A stretch of DNA of 64,000 bases from an uncultured Bacteroidales bacterium (GCA_964421355.1 CAYQWX010000002.1:10241-74240); one strand, 5' to 3'; shown: positions 8,731 to 18,572, numbered from the stretch's first letter. Notes: a model not told the origin generated them from the letters alone. Numbers and translations: made by a program.

Positions 8731-9462
8731 CTACTTTTGAAAATCTCTTAATAAATCTTCCATAGAGAAGCAGCCTTTTTTATCTTTCACAAATTCAGCT
8801 GCTATAATTGCTCCTTGAGCGAATCCATCTCGTGAATATGCCTTGTGTTGTAGAGATATTTCATCAATATCAGATTTGTATGTAATTGTGTGAGTACCAA
8901 TGGTTTCTTCCTCCCTTATTGATTTTATTGGAAGTATATCTTTTTGTTTTATAGTGGTTTCTGCAAGTTGCCAATTAGTATATAAGGCATGATTATTCAT
9001 TATTTGTTCTGCTATAGTTATGGCGGTGCCGCTTGGCTTATCTTTTTTGTGAATATGGTGTATCTCTTCTATTTCAGCCTGATATTGTGAAATATTATTC
9101 ATAAGTTTTGCAAGAAACTTATTTACTTCAAACAGAATATTTACTCCAAGACTAAAATTACTGGTATAAAAAAATGTTGCATTTTTTTCTTTACAATATT
9201 TTTCTATTTCTTCTTTTTTATCTAGCCATCCCGTTGTGCCAGATACTACAGGAATGCCTGCATCAAAGCATTTTTTATAATTTTCAGGGGCAGATTTGGG
9301 TTGCGTAAACTCTATAACCACATCGGCTTTTTGTAAATCTTGCAACGAAATATTATCTACATTATCTATATCAATAATGTTTCCTATAGTGTGGTTTCGT
9401 TTTTTAGCCCATTTTTCTACGGCTTTGCCCATTTTTCCATATCCCCAAATGATAATATTCAT
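8731..9462 (-). CDS. dapB: 4-hydroxy-tetrahydrodipicolinate reductase
   Basis: MNIIIWGYGKMGKAV Rossmann N-terminus and HHIHKKDKPSGTA (the E/HxHHxxKxDxPSGTA signature). I chose the start at the ATG at 9462 rather than the tracked 9489, because the extension is not DapB-like and a -7 box lies in it. Confidence 0.9.
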   Translation of the reverse strand: MNIIIWGYGKMGKAVEKWAKKRNHTIGNIIDIDNVDNISLQDLQKADVVIEFTQPKSAPENYKKCFDAGIPVVSGTTGWLDKKEEIEKYCKEKNATFFYTSNFSLGVNILFEVNKFLAKLMNNISQYQAEIEEIHHIHKKDKPSGTAITIAEQIMNNHALYTNWQLAETTIKQKDILPIKSIREEETIGTHTITYKSDIDEISLQHKAYSRDGFAQGAIIAAEFVKDKKGCFSMEDLLRDFQK

Positions 9463-9478
9463 GTTTATATATTTTTTA

Positions 9479-9486
9479 CAAATATA
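9479..9486 (-). promoter_or_regulatory. Bacteroidota -7 promoter box (TATATTTG on minus strand) for dapB
   Basis: Matches TAnnTTTG, 17 nt upstream of the chosen dapB ATG. Confidence 0.4.
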
Positions 9487-9665
9487 CACAAATGCTTTTT
9501 AAATCAATTACGGGATTTATTTGAAGTTTTGACCTGTTACTACTTTTATTCTACTTCAAAAGTGGTAATGAAAATTAAATTATTTATAATCAATGTAATA
9601 TTTCTTTACTAAAAGTTAATTTGAACACTAATGTACAGCGTAAATTTTCTTTTTTTTTGTTAAAA

Positions 9666-9686
9666 AATCACTACTGTCCGATAAAA
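9666..9686. repeat. Left terminal inverted repeat of the IS remnant
   Basis: See the mobile_element entry; 19/21 match to the reverse complement of 10500-10520. Confidence 0.7.
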
Positions 9687-9771
9687 ACAGAAAATAATAG
9701 ATATCAATTCTTAATACACTGATAATCAGTATCTAATTTTTCTAAGAGAAGTGTTTTCAAAAGTAAGTTCC

Positions 9772-10218
9772 TCAAAACAAAGAAGGTTTCAACAACTCAT
9801 CATAAGTTTTTTGCCAATCTTTCTCAGGATTTTCTAAAAATCGTATCAGATGGATGTAATTGAACAGATGTATTTTACAAAAACTGACCAAATTGGAAAA
9901 TGCCCACTTTCTTTTTATGGTTTTCTGAATCACGGTCATCAGCAAATTGGCAATAAAAGCACAATATATCTGTATCTTAATGGCATTCTCATTGTCTCCG
10001 AGGAAATATTTTAGCGGAAAATTTTGTTTCAACTGCTTAAAGAGTAATTCTATTTGCCAACGAAGTTTATAAATAGCCGCAATCCAATCTGCTCTGAGTT
10101 CAAACAGGTTGGTTAAAAACTCAAACCTTCTTTTCTGGTTTCTATCATAAAACTGCACCTTACGAAGTTTTAACGGGCGTGAAGTGTTGTTGATTTTTAC
10201 CTGAACTTCCCAACCCAA
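9772..10218 (-). pseudogene. Truncated IS4-family DDE transposase (C-terminal ~148 codons only)
   Basis: Contains the IS4 Y(2)R(3)E(6)K signature (YKLRWQIELLFKQLK). There is no ATG, the frame is closed by an in-frame stop 4 codons upstream (10231-10233), and the N-terminal DD part is missing. Confidence 0.8.
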
Positions 10219-10499
10219 GTATGGCTTAGCTTACTTCTCGCAAAGAAGTACATTTGGCCAAAGAACAGAAAACCATACTTATCAGATAATCATTTGTCTT
10301 AAATTTCTTAATATAATGGTCTGATTGGTACTTTTTTAAGTCCTGTCAATTATCATATTATCAATTAAGGAAAATCAGCTGTCCGAAAACCGATGTGCCG
10401 AAAAAATGTGTTTTGCCTATATCTTCAATTTTTTAGGGAAAATTAAAGATATAAAAAAGCGGAAAATCCTTTTCTGGAAATCCCGCTTTTGAAAAAAAC

Positions 10500-10520
10500 T
10501 TTTATCGGACAACAGTGATT
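10500..10520. repeat. Right terminal inverted repeat of the IS remnant
   Basis: See the mobile_element entry. Confidence 0.7.
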
Positions 10521-10561
10521 AAATAACTTAATTGTTACACTTACTAATTGAATTTATGGGC

Positions 10562-10569
10562 TATATTTG
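10562..10569 (+). promoter_or_regulatory. Candidate -7 promoter box (TATATTTG) upstream of the pgk-pgk fusion
   Basis: Matches TAnnTTTG but lies about 140 nt upstream of ATG 10712, a longer leader than at the other genes here. Confidence 0.3.
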
Positions 10570-10711
10570 CTACTTTGTATAATTTTTGAAAAAATAGTTG
10601 GAACGCTATTGTGATATTAAAATAGTATTGCAAAGATATCATTCATTATAATTTTTTAATATAGCTTTGTGCAATTGTCAATTTGAGAAAATATTTTTTG
10701 TTATGTATTCA

Positions 10712-13093
10712 ATGGATAAGTATAATTTTAAAGGGAAAAAAGTATTAGTTAGAGTTGATTTTAATGTTCCCCTTGATGAAAATCAAGAGGTTACAGATGA
10801 TACTAGGATAATAGCATCTCTACCTACCATATTAAAAATACTTACTGAAGGAGGAGCTGTTATTTTAATGACTCATATGGGGCGTCCCAAAGGCAAATAT
10901 GTTCCTGAATTATCCACCAAGCCTTTAATACCTACTTTATCTCGGTTATTAGGAAGGGAAGTTAAGTTTGCTCCGGATTGTATAGGAGAAGAAGTGGAAC
11001 AATTGTCCAAGTTGTTGAATCCGGGAGAAGTTATGTTACTTGAAAATCTTCGTTTTTATCCTGAAGAAACAAAAGGGGATGAGGAATTTGCAAAAAAACT
11101 TGCACGATTGGGAGACGCTTATGTAATGAATGCTTTTGGAACAATACATAGAAAGCATGCTTCTACTTATACAATTGCAAAATTTTTTCCTTATGATAAG
11201 TTATTTGGTTCTCTTGTAGAGAGTGAGATAAATCACTTGGATAAAGCACTTAAAAATCCTGAGCGTCCGTTTACTGCTATTATAGGTGGGTCCAAGGTTT
11301 CTACCAAAATAGGTATAATAGAAAATTTATTGCCAAAAGTAGATAACTTAATTATAGCAGGAGGAATAGTATATACATTTATTAAAGCACAAGGAGGACA
11401 GATAGGAGATTCGTTGGTTGAAGACGATTATATAGATGTTGCACTACAAATAATAGAAAAAGCAAAAAAATACCATGTAAACCTTATTTTGCCGATAGAT
11501 GCTTTGGTTGCGGATAAATTTTCCAATGATGCTGAAATACAACATTATCCTGTAGATAAAATACCGGAAGGATGGATGGGACTTGATATTGGTATAAAGT
11601 CCCAAACATTGTTTATGAATGTGATAGAAAAATCCAAAACTATTTTATGGAATGGACCTATTGGAGTATTTGAATTTGAAAATTTTTCGGCAGGAACTCT
11701 TCGTGTAGCATTAGCAGTGGCACGTTCTACCGATTTGGGGGCATATTCTATTGTGGGTGGAGGTGATTCTGTAGCTGCAATAAATAAATTTAATCTTAAT
11801 AATAGGATAAGTTATATCTCTACTGGTGGCGGAGCAATGCTTGAATATGTAGAAGGAAAAACGCTTCCAGGTATTGCAGCGATTAAAGAATCTTTCTCAA
11901 TAGATAATGTTGATTTTAATAACAAAAAAGTTCTTATGCGGGTGGACTTCAATGTTCCTTTAAATGAAAAGGGAGAAATTATGGATGATACCCGTATCGT
12001 TACGGCGTTGCCAACCATAGTGAAAATATTGAGTGAAGGTGGAGCTGTAATACTTCTTTCTCATTTAGGAAGACCAAAAGGGCAATATATACCTGAGTTG
12101 TCTAACAAGCACCTCATACCTTATTTATCCAAAGCTCTAAATAAAGAAATAAAATTTGCACCTGATTGTGTGGGGTCAGAAGTGGAAAAGATGGCTAAAG
12201 AGTTAAATTCTGGAGATGTATTATTGCTTGAAAATCTTCGTTTTCATCCTGAGGAAACAAAGGGAGATGACGAGTTTGCTAAAAAGCTTGCACGTCTTGG
12301 TGATATATATGTGATGAATGCTTTTGGTACGGTTCATCGTTATCATTCTTCGGTTTATCATATTGCAAAGTATTTTGAAGGGAGAAGATATTTCGGATAT
12401 TTGGTAGAAAGCGAAATGCACCATATAGACAGGGCATTACATCATTCAGGAAAGCCTTTTACTGCAATTATAGGAGGTTCTAAAATATCAACTAAGATAC
12501 AGATTATTAAAGCATTACTTAATAGAGTAGATAACTTGTTGATTGCAGGAGGCATTGCCAATAATTTTATAAAAGCAATGGGTGGAAAGATTGGAAATTC
12601 AATAGTTGAAGATAAATATTTGCATGATGCTTTGGAAATATTGGAGCTTGCAAAAAAGAAAAATGTGAATATTTATTTACCTATTGATTCTGTAACTGTA
12701 AATAAATTTCCTAATTATACCGAAATAGAACATCATCCAAGTAATAAAATTCCTATTGGTCAAATATCAATAGATATTGGGATAAAGACTCAAACACAAT
12801 TTATGAATATAATAGAAAACTCTAAAACCGTGTTGTGGAATGGACCAATGGGAGTGTTTGAGATAGATGATTTTGCTAATGGAACACTCAGAGTTGCATT
12901 AGCAGTAGCCAGAGCTACCGATCTTGGAGCATATACTATTGTGGGAGGAGGAGATACTACTTCTGCTCTTAATAAGTTCCATTTGTTGCAAAGGATTAGC
13001 TATATATCTACTGCCGGTGGAGCTTTGCTTGAATATATAGAGGGGAAAGAATTACCTGGTATTAAAGCTATAAAAGGTAATTTCGATAAGTAA
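10712..13093 (+). CDS. pgk: Tandem phosphoglycerate kinase fusion (two complete PGK units in one ORF)
   Basis: Unit 1 runs about 10712-11890 and unit 2 about 11900-13090. Each has [27 protein letters not shown](I/V)HR.H.S, GGSK(V/I)STKI, WNGP(I/M)GVFE and GGGD(S/T). There is no stop, frameshift or internal Met at the junction (...[29 protein letters not shown]...). Start chosen at ATG 10712 ([10 protein letters not shown]); ATG 10703 is also possible. Confidence 0.9.
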   Translation: MDKYNFKGKKVLVRVDFNVPLDENQEVTDDTRIIASLPTILKILTEGGAVILMTHMGRPKGKYVPELSTKPLIPTLSRLLGREVKFAPDCIGEEVEQLSKLLNPGEVMLLENLRFYPEETKGDEEFAKKLARLGDAYVMNAFGTIHRKHASTYTIAKFFPYDKLFGSLVESEINHLDKALKNPERPFTAIIGGSKVSTKIGIIENLLPKVDNLIIAGGIVYTFIKAQGGQIGDSLVEDDYIDVALQIIEKAKKYHVNLILPIDALVADKFSNDAEIQHYPVDKIPEGWMGLDIGIKSQTLFMNVIEKSKTILWNGPIGVFEFENFSAGTLRVALAVARSTDLGAYSIVGGGDSVAAINKFNLNNRISYISTGGGAMLEYVEGKTLPGIAAIKESFSIDNVDFNNKKVLMRVDFNVPLNEKGEIMDDTRIVTALPTIVKILSEGGAVILLSHLGRPKGQYIPELSNKHLIPYLSKALNKEIKFAPDCVGSEVEKMAKELNSGDVLLLENLRFHPEETKGDDEFAKKLARLGDIYVMNAFGTVHRYHSSVYHIAKYFEGRRYFGYLVESEMHHIDRALHHSGKPFTAIIGGSKISTKIQIIKALLNRVDNLLIAGGIANNFIKAMGGKIGNSIVEDKYLHDALEILELAKKKNVNIYLPIDSVTVNKFPNYTEIEHHPSNKIPIGQISIDIGIKTQTQFMNIIENSKTVLWNGPMGVFEIDDFANGTLRVALAVARATDLGAYTIVGGGDTTSALNKFHLLQRISYISTAGGALLEYIEGKELPGIKAIKGNFDK

Positions 13094-13116
13094 GAAAAAT
13101 TAAGTGATGTAAAAGT

Positions 13117-14157
13117 TTATTTGTCTTTTCCTTCTATTATAATGTTTGCTATTTCGGGAAGGTAAGTAATATGTTTTATCTCTAAGCTTACGAATTGCTG
13201 AGGAAACCGTTTTGATAGATATTTTGCAAGATATAGTTGTTCGGTTTGTCTCGGAGTGGGGATAAGTATAGCAGGTACACCTATACAATATAAATCCATA
13301 ATGGTAGAGTAGCCGCTACTACATATTACAAGTTTTGAACGATTCATTTGTTTTATTACTTCTTTGTATGAAAGGTAACTAATATATTCTAATCCTTTGA
13401 TGCCAAAATTTGCACCGTATTTTTTGCCTGCAACCATAAGTTTTTTACCATTTATTGCATCTATTTGCTGTATAATTTTTTTTTCTATCATTGACCTTGA
13501 TGGTTCGGGACCTGATAGCAGTATCATTACATCCCATTCTTTTTTTTCTTCTTGTTTGTTTTGGTTACATGCATAAGATAGAAAGCCTATATCTATTATA
13601 TTTGGTTTTCTTTTTTTCCAAGCTAAATAGCCTGCAAGTTTTACAGATTTGTCGTCAGGCAGCCAAATTGCGTCAAAAGGAGACAAGTATTTGTGCATAA
13701 ATTTGCAGACAATGTTGTCTGCTATCAGTCCCCATGGAGTTTTTATACAGGTTTGATGTGTTATCAGAATGTTTTTTGTGGTATCGCTGTAAAAACCATA
13801 ACGGTTGTCGGAAATAATATAGTCTGCTTTAAAAGTTTTTGATAGTTGTGTTGCCCGTTTTTTATCTTTTTTTATTTGAGTGTTTAGTTGTTTGTGAAAT
13901 GAAATTAAACTTGAAATAGAAAAAAACTTTTTATCAAAACAATAAGGAGCTTCCTGCCATTTTTTTATTTCTAAATTAGGAAATTCTTCTGCTAAAATAT
14001 CTATGGAAGGAGATGAGCCTGTCAATAAAATATGATTATCATTGGCAAGTAGTTGTTTTACAAGTAATGTCAATCGTGTAGCATGTCCCAATCCCCAATT
14101 GAGTGGAGATATTATTATTTTACTTTGTCTAATATCTTTGGGATGCCATAATGCCAT
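13117..14157 (-). CDS. Glycosyltransferase (GT-B fold, MurG/GT28-like family)
   Basis: N-terminal SPLNWGLGHATR glycine/histidine loop and a C-terminal SSGYSTIMDL...GVPAILIPTPRQTEQ block typical of GT28/GT1-like transferases. Confidence 0.65.
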   Translation of the reverse strand: MALWHPKDIRQSKIIISPLNWGLGHATRLTLLVKQLLANDNHILLTGSSPSIDILAEEFPNLEIKKWQEAPYCFDKKFFSISSLISFHKQLNTQIKKDKKRATQLSKTFKADYIISDNRYGFYSDTTKNILITHQTCIKTPWGLIADNIVCKFMHKYLSPFDAIWLPDDKSVKLAGYLAWKKRKPNIIDIGFLSYACNQNKQEEKKEWDVMILLSGPEPSRSMIEKKIIQQIDAINGKKLMVAGKKYGANFGIKGLEYISYLSYKEVIKQMNRSKLVICSSGYSTIMDLYCIGVPAILIPTPRQTEQLYLAKYLSKRFPQQFVSLEIKHITYLPEIANIIIEGKDK

Positions 14158-14160
14158 TTG

Positions 14161-15657
14161 TTACTTTACAAAATCAAAATTATAATTCTTTATGAAGTCA
14201 ATAGATTTATTTATGAGACTATACATTACTACATCATTTTCTACAAATGGTACCTGTTTTCTAAACTCTTTAAGCAGATTTTGTAATACGAAAGATGTTT
14301 GTTCTTTTCTGAAAAATAATCCTTGAGATGCAGTAAATAGTTCAATGCCAAAAACTTTATAAACATTATCGATTATTTTTAGTGCTTTGGTTGCAGCATT
14401 TGCCCCCATGCTTACATGGTCTTCTTGTCCTTGTGAAGACTCTATGGAGTCTATTGAAGCCGGTGTGGCATATTGTTTATTTTGGCTTACTATGGCTGCT
14501 GAGGTGTATTGTGCAATCATAAATCCTGAGTTTAAGCCGGGATTGGCAACTAAAAACGAGGGAAGTTCCCTTTTGCCTGCTATGAGACGATAAATACGAC
14601 GTTCGGATATATTAGCAAGTTCTGATATGGCAATACTCAATACATCCATTGCTATTGATAAAGGTTGTCCGTGAAAGTTGCCACCAGATATAATTAAATT
14701 ATCATCAGGGAAAACCATAGGGTTGTCTGTAGCAGAGTTCATTTCCGTTTCCACTACTTTTTCTACATAAGCAAGAGCATCTCTTGTGGCACCATGCACT
14801 TGTGGCATGGTTCTAAATGAATAAGGGTCTTGTACATGCTGTTTTTTACGCCTTATAAGGTTGCTACCATCCAGTATTTTTACAACATTATTTGCTACTG
14901 TTTTTTGTCCTGAATGGGGGCGAGCATTGTGTATTTGTGGATAAAACGGTTCCAATCTTCCGTCGTATGCTTCTAATGATAATGTTCCTACTACATCGGC
15001 TATTTTTACTAACTTTTTGGCATTTATGACATTCCAAACAGCATAAGCAAGCATAAATTGGGTGCCATTTAACAAAGCTAAACCTTCTTTTGATTCTAAT
15101 TTTAATGGGCTGATGTTTAGTTTCTTATATAGTTTTTCTGTTGGTGATTTTTCATTGTTGTATATTACTTCTCCAAGACCTATTAGTGGTAAAGCTAAGT
15201 GGGCAAGTGGAGCCAAATCTCCAGATGCTCCTAACGAACCTTGTTCATAAACTACAGGAATAATATTATTGTTGAAGAAATATAATAACCGTTCTACCGT
15301 TGCCAAACGTATTCCGGAATAACCATAAGATAATGATTGTATTTTTAGTAATATCATTAGTTTTACTATATGTGTAGGTACTTGATTTCCTACCCCACAA
15401 GCGTGTGATTTAATTAGGTTTTCTTGTAATGTGCCTAAATCTTTTTTTGATATTGATTGATTGTATAGAGCTCCAAATCCTGTGTTTATACCATAAATAG
15501 GTTTTTCTTCTTGTTCCAATTTATCTTCCAAAAACGTTCTGGATTTGATTATACGCTTTTTAGCATCTTCAGAAAGAGCTAATTTTTTGTTTTCTTTTAA
15601 TATATTTTCAATATCTGTAAATGATATTTTTGATGTGATTTGGAAAATGTTATTCAT
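14161..15657 (-). CDS. hutH: Histidine ammonia-lyase
   Basis: GSLGASGDLAPLAHL (the Ala-Ser-Gly MIO-forming triad) and overall HAL-like sequence. Start set at ATG 15657 (MNNIFQITSK). The tracked 64-codon extension overlaps the trkA promoter region and contains a -7 box. Confidence 0.95.
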   Translation of the reverse strand: MNNIFQITSKISFTDIENILKENKKLALSEDAKKRIIKSRTFLEDKLEQEEKPIYGINTGFGALYNQSISKKDLGTLQENLIKSHACGVGNQVPTHIVKLMILLKIQSLSYGYSGIRLATVERLLYFFNNNIIPVVYEQGSLGASGDLAPLAHLALPLIGLGEVIYNNEKSPTEKLYKKLNISPLKLESKEGLALLNGTQFMLAYAVWNVINAKKLVKIADVVGTLSLEAYDGRLEPFYPQIHNARPHSGQKTVANNVVKILDGSNLIRRKKQHVQDPYSFRTMPQVHGATRDALAYVEKVVETEMNSATDNPMVFPDDNLIISGGNFHGQPLSIAMDVLSIAISELANISERRIYRLIAGKRELPSFLVANPGLNSGFMIAQYTSAAIVSQNKQYATPASIDSIESSQGQEDHVSMGANAATKALKIIDNVYKVFGIELFTASQGLFFRKEQTSFVLQNLLKEFRKQVPFVENDVVMYSLINKSIDFIKNYNFDFVK

Positions 15658-15687
15658 AATTATAATTTTACCTTGTTCTTTATATTG

Positions 15688-15695
15688 CAAATCTA
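15688..15695 (-). promoter_or_regulatory. -7 promoter box (TAGATTTG on minus strand) for hutH
   Basis: TAnnTTTG match 31 nt upstream of ATG 15657. Confidence 0.5.
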
Positions 15696-15748
15696 CATAA
15701 AAACAAAAAACAAAGTTATTAGTGATAACAATAAAAATATTTTTACTA

Positions 15749-15756
15749 TACATTTG
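15749..15756 (+). promoter_or_regulatory. -7 promoter box (TACATTTG) for trkA-trkH
   Basis: TAnnTTTG match 22 nt upstream of ATG 15778. Confidence 0.5.
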
Positions 15757-15777
15757 CACCGTAAAAAATTTTTGTTT

Positions 15778-17118
15778 ATGAAAATAACAATTGCAGGAGC
15801 AGGAGAGGTAGGTACGTTTCTTACAGAGCTTTTGGACAGGGATAATCATGATATAATTGTAATAGATGTAGATGAGGAGAGGTTAAATTATATAAATTCA
15901 AATTATGATGTATTAACTGTATTGGGGTCTGTATCATTTTTTAGTGTGCTGGAGGAGGCAAAGGTTAAGAATACGGATATTTTTATTGCAGTAACCTGTG
16001 ATGAACATGTAAATCTTGTGGCATCTTCTCTTGCTAAGCAGATGGGAGCCAAGCGTTCTATTGCACGGATAAATAGTCTGGAATATACATACAGTAAGAA
16101 TAAGCGACATTTTAAGAGTCTTGGAATAGATAATCTTATAAGTCCCAATAAGTTGATGACAGATGAGATAGTTAGTTTAATAAAAAGGACAACATCAAAC
16201 GAAGTTGTGGAGTTTTCTAAAGGAGAGTTGTCTTTGTTTGTTACACGGCTTACTAAAGATTCAAAAGTAATAGGAAAAACACTTAAAGAAACGGATGAAT
16301 TAAATCCCGATTTTGAATTTAGGGCACTTTTACTAATGAGAGATAATAAGGCTTTTATTCCGAAAGCAGATGATGTGTTTCAGGAAAATGATGTAGTATA
16401 TGTTATTTCTCATAAGCATGGGTTGAATAGGTTATTGGAGATATCGGGGCAAACACCTTTGTCTATTAAAAAAATAATGATACTTGGAGGAGGTACAATA
16501 GGGAAATTAACAGCATATCAGTTGGAAAAAAAGTATGATGTAAAGCTTATAGAGAAAGATAGAGAAAAATGTGAAGATTTAGCAGATTTTCTTAATGATA
16601 CACTTATACTTAATGCGGATGGTAGGGATATAGATTTGCTTAAACAAGAAGGGCTCGATGATATGGATGCGTTTATTGCTGTAACGGGTAATTCGGAAAC
16701 AAATATTTTTACTTCTTTGATTGCAAGAAATTATAATGTGCCGCGTATAATAACAGAAGTGGAGAATGTGGATTTTATAAAAATATCCAAAGACCTTAAG
16801 ATAGAGGGAATAATAAATAAGAAACTGATTACGGCAAGTCACATAACACGCTATACAATACGGGCAGATATAATTTCTGTTAAATTACTCAATACTGTTA
16901 ATGCTGATATTATAGAGGTGATAGCTCGTCCTGAGTCTAAGATTACCAAATACCCTATAAAAGACTTACATTTACCCAAAGGAATTATAATTGGAGGAGT
17001 AATAAGGGGCAATGAGAGTTTTATTGCTGTGGGGAATACCAAAATAGAACCGGGAGATATTGTTGTATTGCTGGTAATGCCGAATAAACTATATGAAATA
17101 GAAAAATTATTTACTTAA
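15778..17118 (+). CDS. trkA: Trk potassium uptake system, NAD-binding peripheral subunit TrkA
   Basis: Two RCK/KTN units, each starting with a Rossmann motif (MKITIAGAGEVG and IMILGGGTIG). Start set at ATG 15778. Confidence 0.9.
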   Translation: MKITIAGAGEVGTFLTELLDRDNHDIIVIDVDEERLNYINSNYDVLTVLGSVSFFSVLEEAKVKNTDIFIAVTCDEHVNLVASSLAKQMGAKRSIARINSLEYTYSKNKRHFKSLGIDNLISPNKLMTDEIVSLIKRTTSNEVVEFSKGELSLFVTRLTKDSKVIGKTLKETDELNPDFEFRALLLMRDNKAFIPKADDVFQENDVVYVISHKHGLNRLLEISGQTPLSIKKIMILGGGTIGKLTAYQLEKKYDVKLIEKDREKCEDLADFLNDTLILNADGRDIDLLKQEGLDDMDAFIAVTGNSETNIFTSLIARNYNVPRIITEVENVDFIKISKDLKIEGIINKKLITASHITRYTIRADIISVKLLNTVNADIIEVIARPESKITKYPIKDLHLPKGIIIGGVIRGNESFIAVGNTKIEPGDIVVLLVMPNKLYEIEKLFT

Positions 17119-17127
17119 TATTTGAAT

Positions 17128-18564
17128 ATGAATTATAGAAATATAATATTTGTTTTTGCCCGCTTGATTTCTATAGAAGGTGTTTTTTTAATTTTATCAG
17201 CTTTTGTTGCGTTGTATTATGGTGGTAGTGATTTTAATTCTTTGTTATTTACAGGATTAGGAGCTTTTGTTGTTGGGTGGTTGCTATCTGCAATATTGAA
17301 ACAGGAAAAAGGTAAAATGACAAAGCGGGAAGGGTATTTGGCTGTGAGTTTAGTGTGGATTGTTTTTTCATTGGTAGGGGCGGTTCCTTTTGTAATATCC
17401 GGATACATTCCTCATTATGTAGATGCTTTTTTTGAAACTATATCAGGGTTTACTACTACTGGAGTTTCTATTATTCCTGATGTAGAAGTTTTTCCCAAAG
17501 GACTTTTGTTTTGGCGTAGTCTTACTCAGTGGTTGGGTGGTATGGGTATTATTGTTTTATCTTTGGCAATATTGCCTGCTCTCAATGTGGGAGGGATGCA
17601 ATTATTTGCGGCGGAAGTTGCAGGTCCTACCAAGGATAAACTTCATCCTCGTATTACACAGACTGCTAAAAAATTGTGGCTGTTGTATGCAGGTTTTACC
17701 TTTTTGGAAGCTTTGCTACTTTATTTAGGTGGAATGTCTGCTTTTGACGCCATTACCCAGTCTTTTACTACTCTTGCAAGTGGTGGTTTCTCTACCAGAA
17801 CTAATAGTATCGGTTCGTTTCATTCTGCTTATTTTGAGTATATTATAACTATTTTTATGTTTATAGCCGGTACTAATTTTTCTATTAATTATCAGTTGTT
17901 GCGTTTTAATTTTAGTAAGGTCAGGAAAAATGAGGAATTTAAGTTTTATTCTTTAATATTTTTTGGTATTTCAATATTAGTTGCTGTTGTTTTATATTTT
18001 AATAATCATTGGGATATAGAAAAATCTTTTAGGATAGCATTGTTTCATGTAGCCTCAACACTTACTTGTACAGGATTTACTACCAATGGTTATTTGCATT
18101 GGCCTACTTTTGTTACATTAATTTTGATAATAAATATGATTATGGGTGGTTCGGCAGGTTCAACTGCCGGGGGTATTAAGATGATACGTGTTCATGTGGC
18201 TATAAAAAATAGTTTTTTGGAGCTTAGACGTTTGATACATCCAAGGGCTATAATTCCTTTGAAATATAATGGTCATTCTTTGTCCGATAGTATTGTAAAA
18301 AGCATAATGGCTTTTGTTTTTATTTATTTACTTATATTTTTTGTGTCAGTAATAGTTGTATCTGCAATGGGATACGATTTATTAACAGCTATGGGGTCTG
18401 TAGCCACTACTCTTGGTGGTGTGGGTGCTACTATGGGGCAGCTTCTTAATTATTCTGGAGCTTCGGATTTTGGTAAATTGTTTTTCTCTTTTCTTATGTT
18501 AATTGGTAGGTTAGAGGTTTTTACGGTATTTATGCTATTCTCAAGGCATTATTGGAAGAATTAA
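17128..18564 (+). CDS. trkH: Trk-type potassium transporter membrane subunit TrkH
   Basis: Polytopic protein with TrkH-type selectivity-filter-like segments (SGFTTTG, LASGGFST, CTGFTT, GSTAGGIK). It lies immediately after trkA. Confidence 0.9.
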   Translation: MNYRNIIFVFARLISIEGVFLILSAFVALYYGGSDFNSLLFTGLGAFVVGWLLSAILKQEKGKMTKREGYLAVSLVWIVFSLVGAVPFVISGYIPHYVDAFFETISGFTTTGVSIIPDVEVFPKGLLFWRSLTQWLGGMGIIVLSLAILPALNVGGMQLFAAEVAGPTKDKLHPRITQTAKKLWLLYAGFTFLEALLLYLGGMSAFDAITQSFTTLASGGFSTRTNSIGSFHSAYFEYIITIFMFIAGTNFSINYQLLRFNFSKVRKNEEFKFYSLIFFGISILVAVVLYFNNHWDIEKSFRIALFHVASTLTCTGFTTNGYLHWPTFVTLILIINMIMGGSAGSTAGGIKMIRVHVAIKNSFLELRRLIHPRAIIPLKYNGHSLSDSIVKSIMAFVFIYLLIFFVSVIVVSAMGYDLLTAMGSVATTLGGVGATMGQLLNYSGASDFGKLFFSFLMLIGRLEVFTVFMLFSRHYWKN

Positions 18565-18572
18565 TAATAAAA

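Larger units (their letters stand above)
9666..10520 (-). mobile_element. Decayed IS4-family insertion sequence remnant (~855 bp) bounded by imperfect 21-bp inverted repeats
   Basis: The left end aatcactactgtccgataaaa (9666-9686) matches the reverse complement of the right end ttttatcggacaacagtgatt (10500-10520) at 19 of 21 positions. Inside there is only a C-terminal transposase fragment. Confidence 0.75.

Noticed and set aside
9718-9730. 13-bp perfect palindrome actgataatcagt
   Set aside because: It lies inside the IS remnant in very AT-rich sequence. It occurs only once and there is no partner site or adjacent regulator, so there is not enough to call an operator.
10667-13093. Possibility that the double PGK is an assembly or duplication artefact
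   Set aside because: The two halves differ at about a third of amino-acid positions and at many synonymous sites. They therefore cannot be a collapsed or mis-joined repeat of one gene, and the junction is in frame with no stop.
15658-15849. 64-codon N-terminal extension of hutH, and the 46-codon extension of trkA at 15640-15777
   Set aside because: The extensions overlap each other on opposite strands, are not HAL- or TrkA-like, and contain the -7 promoter boxes. Family-typical N-termini begin at the internal ATGs.
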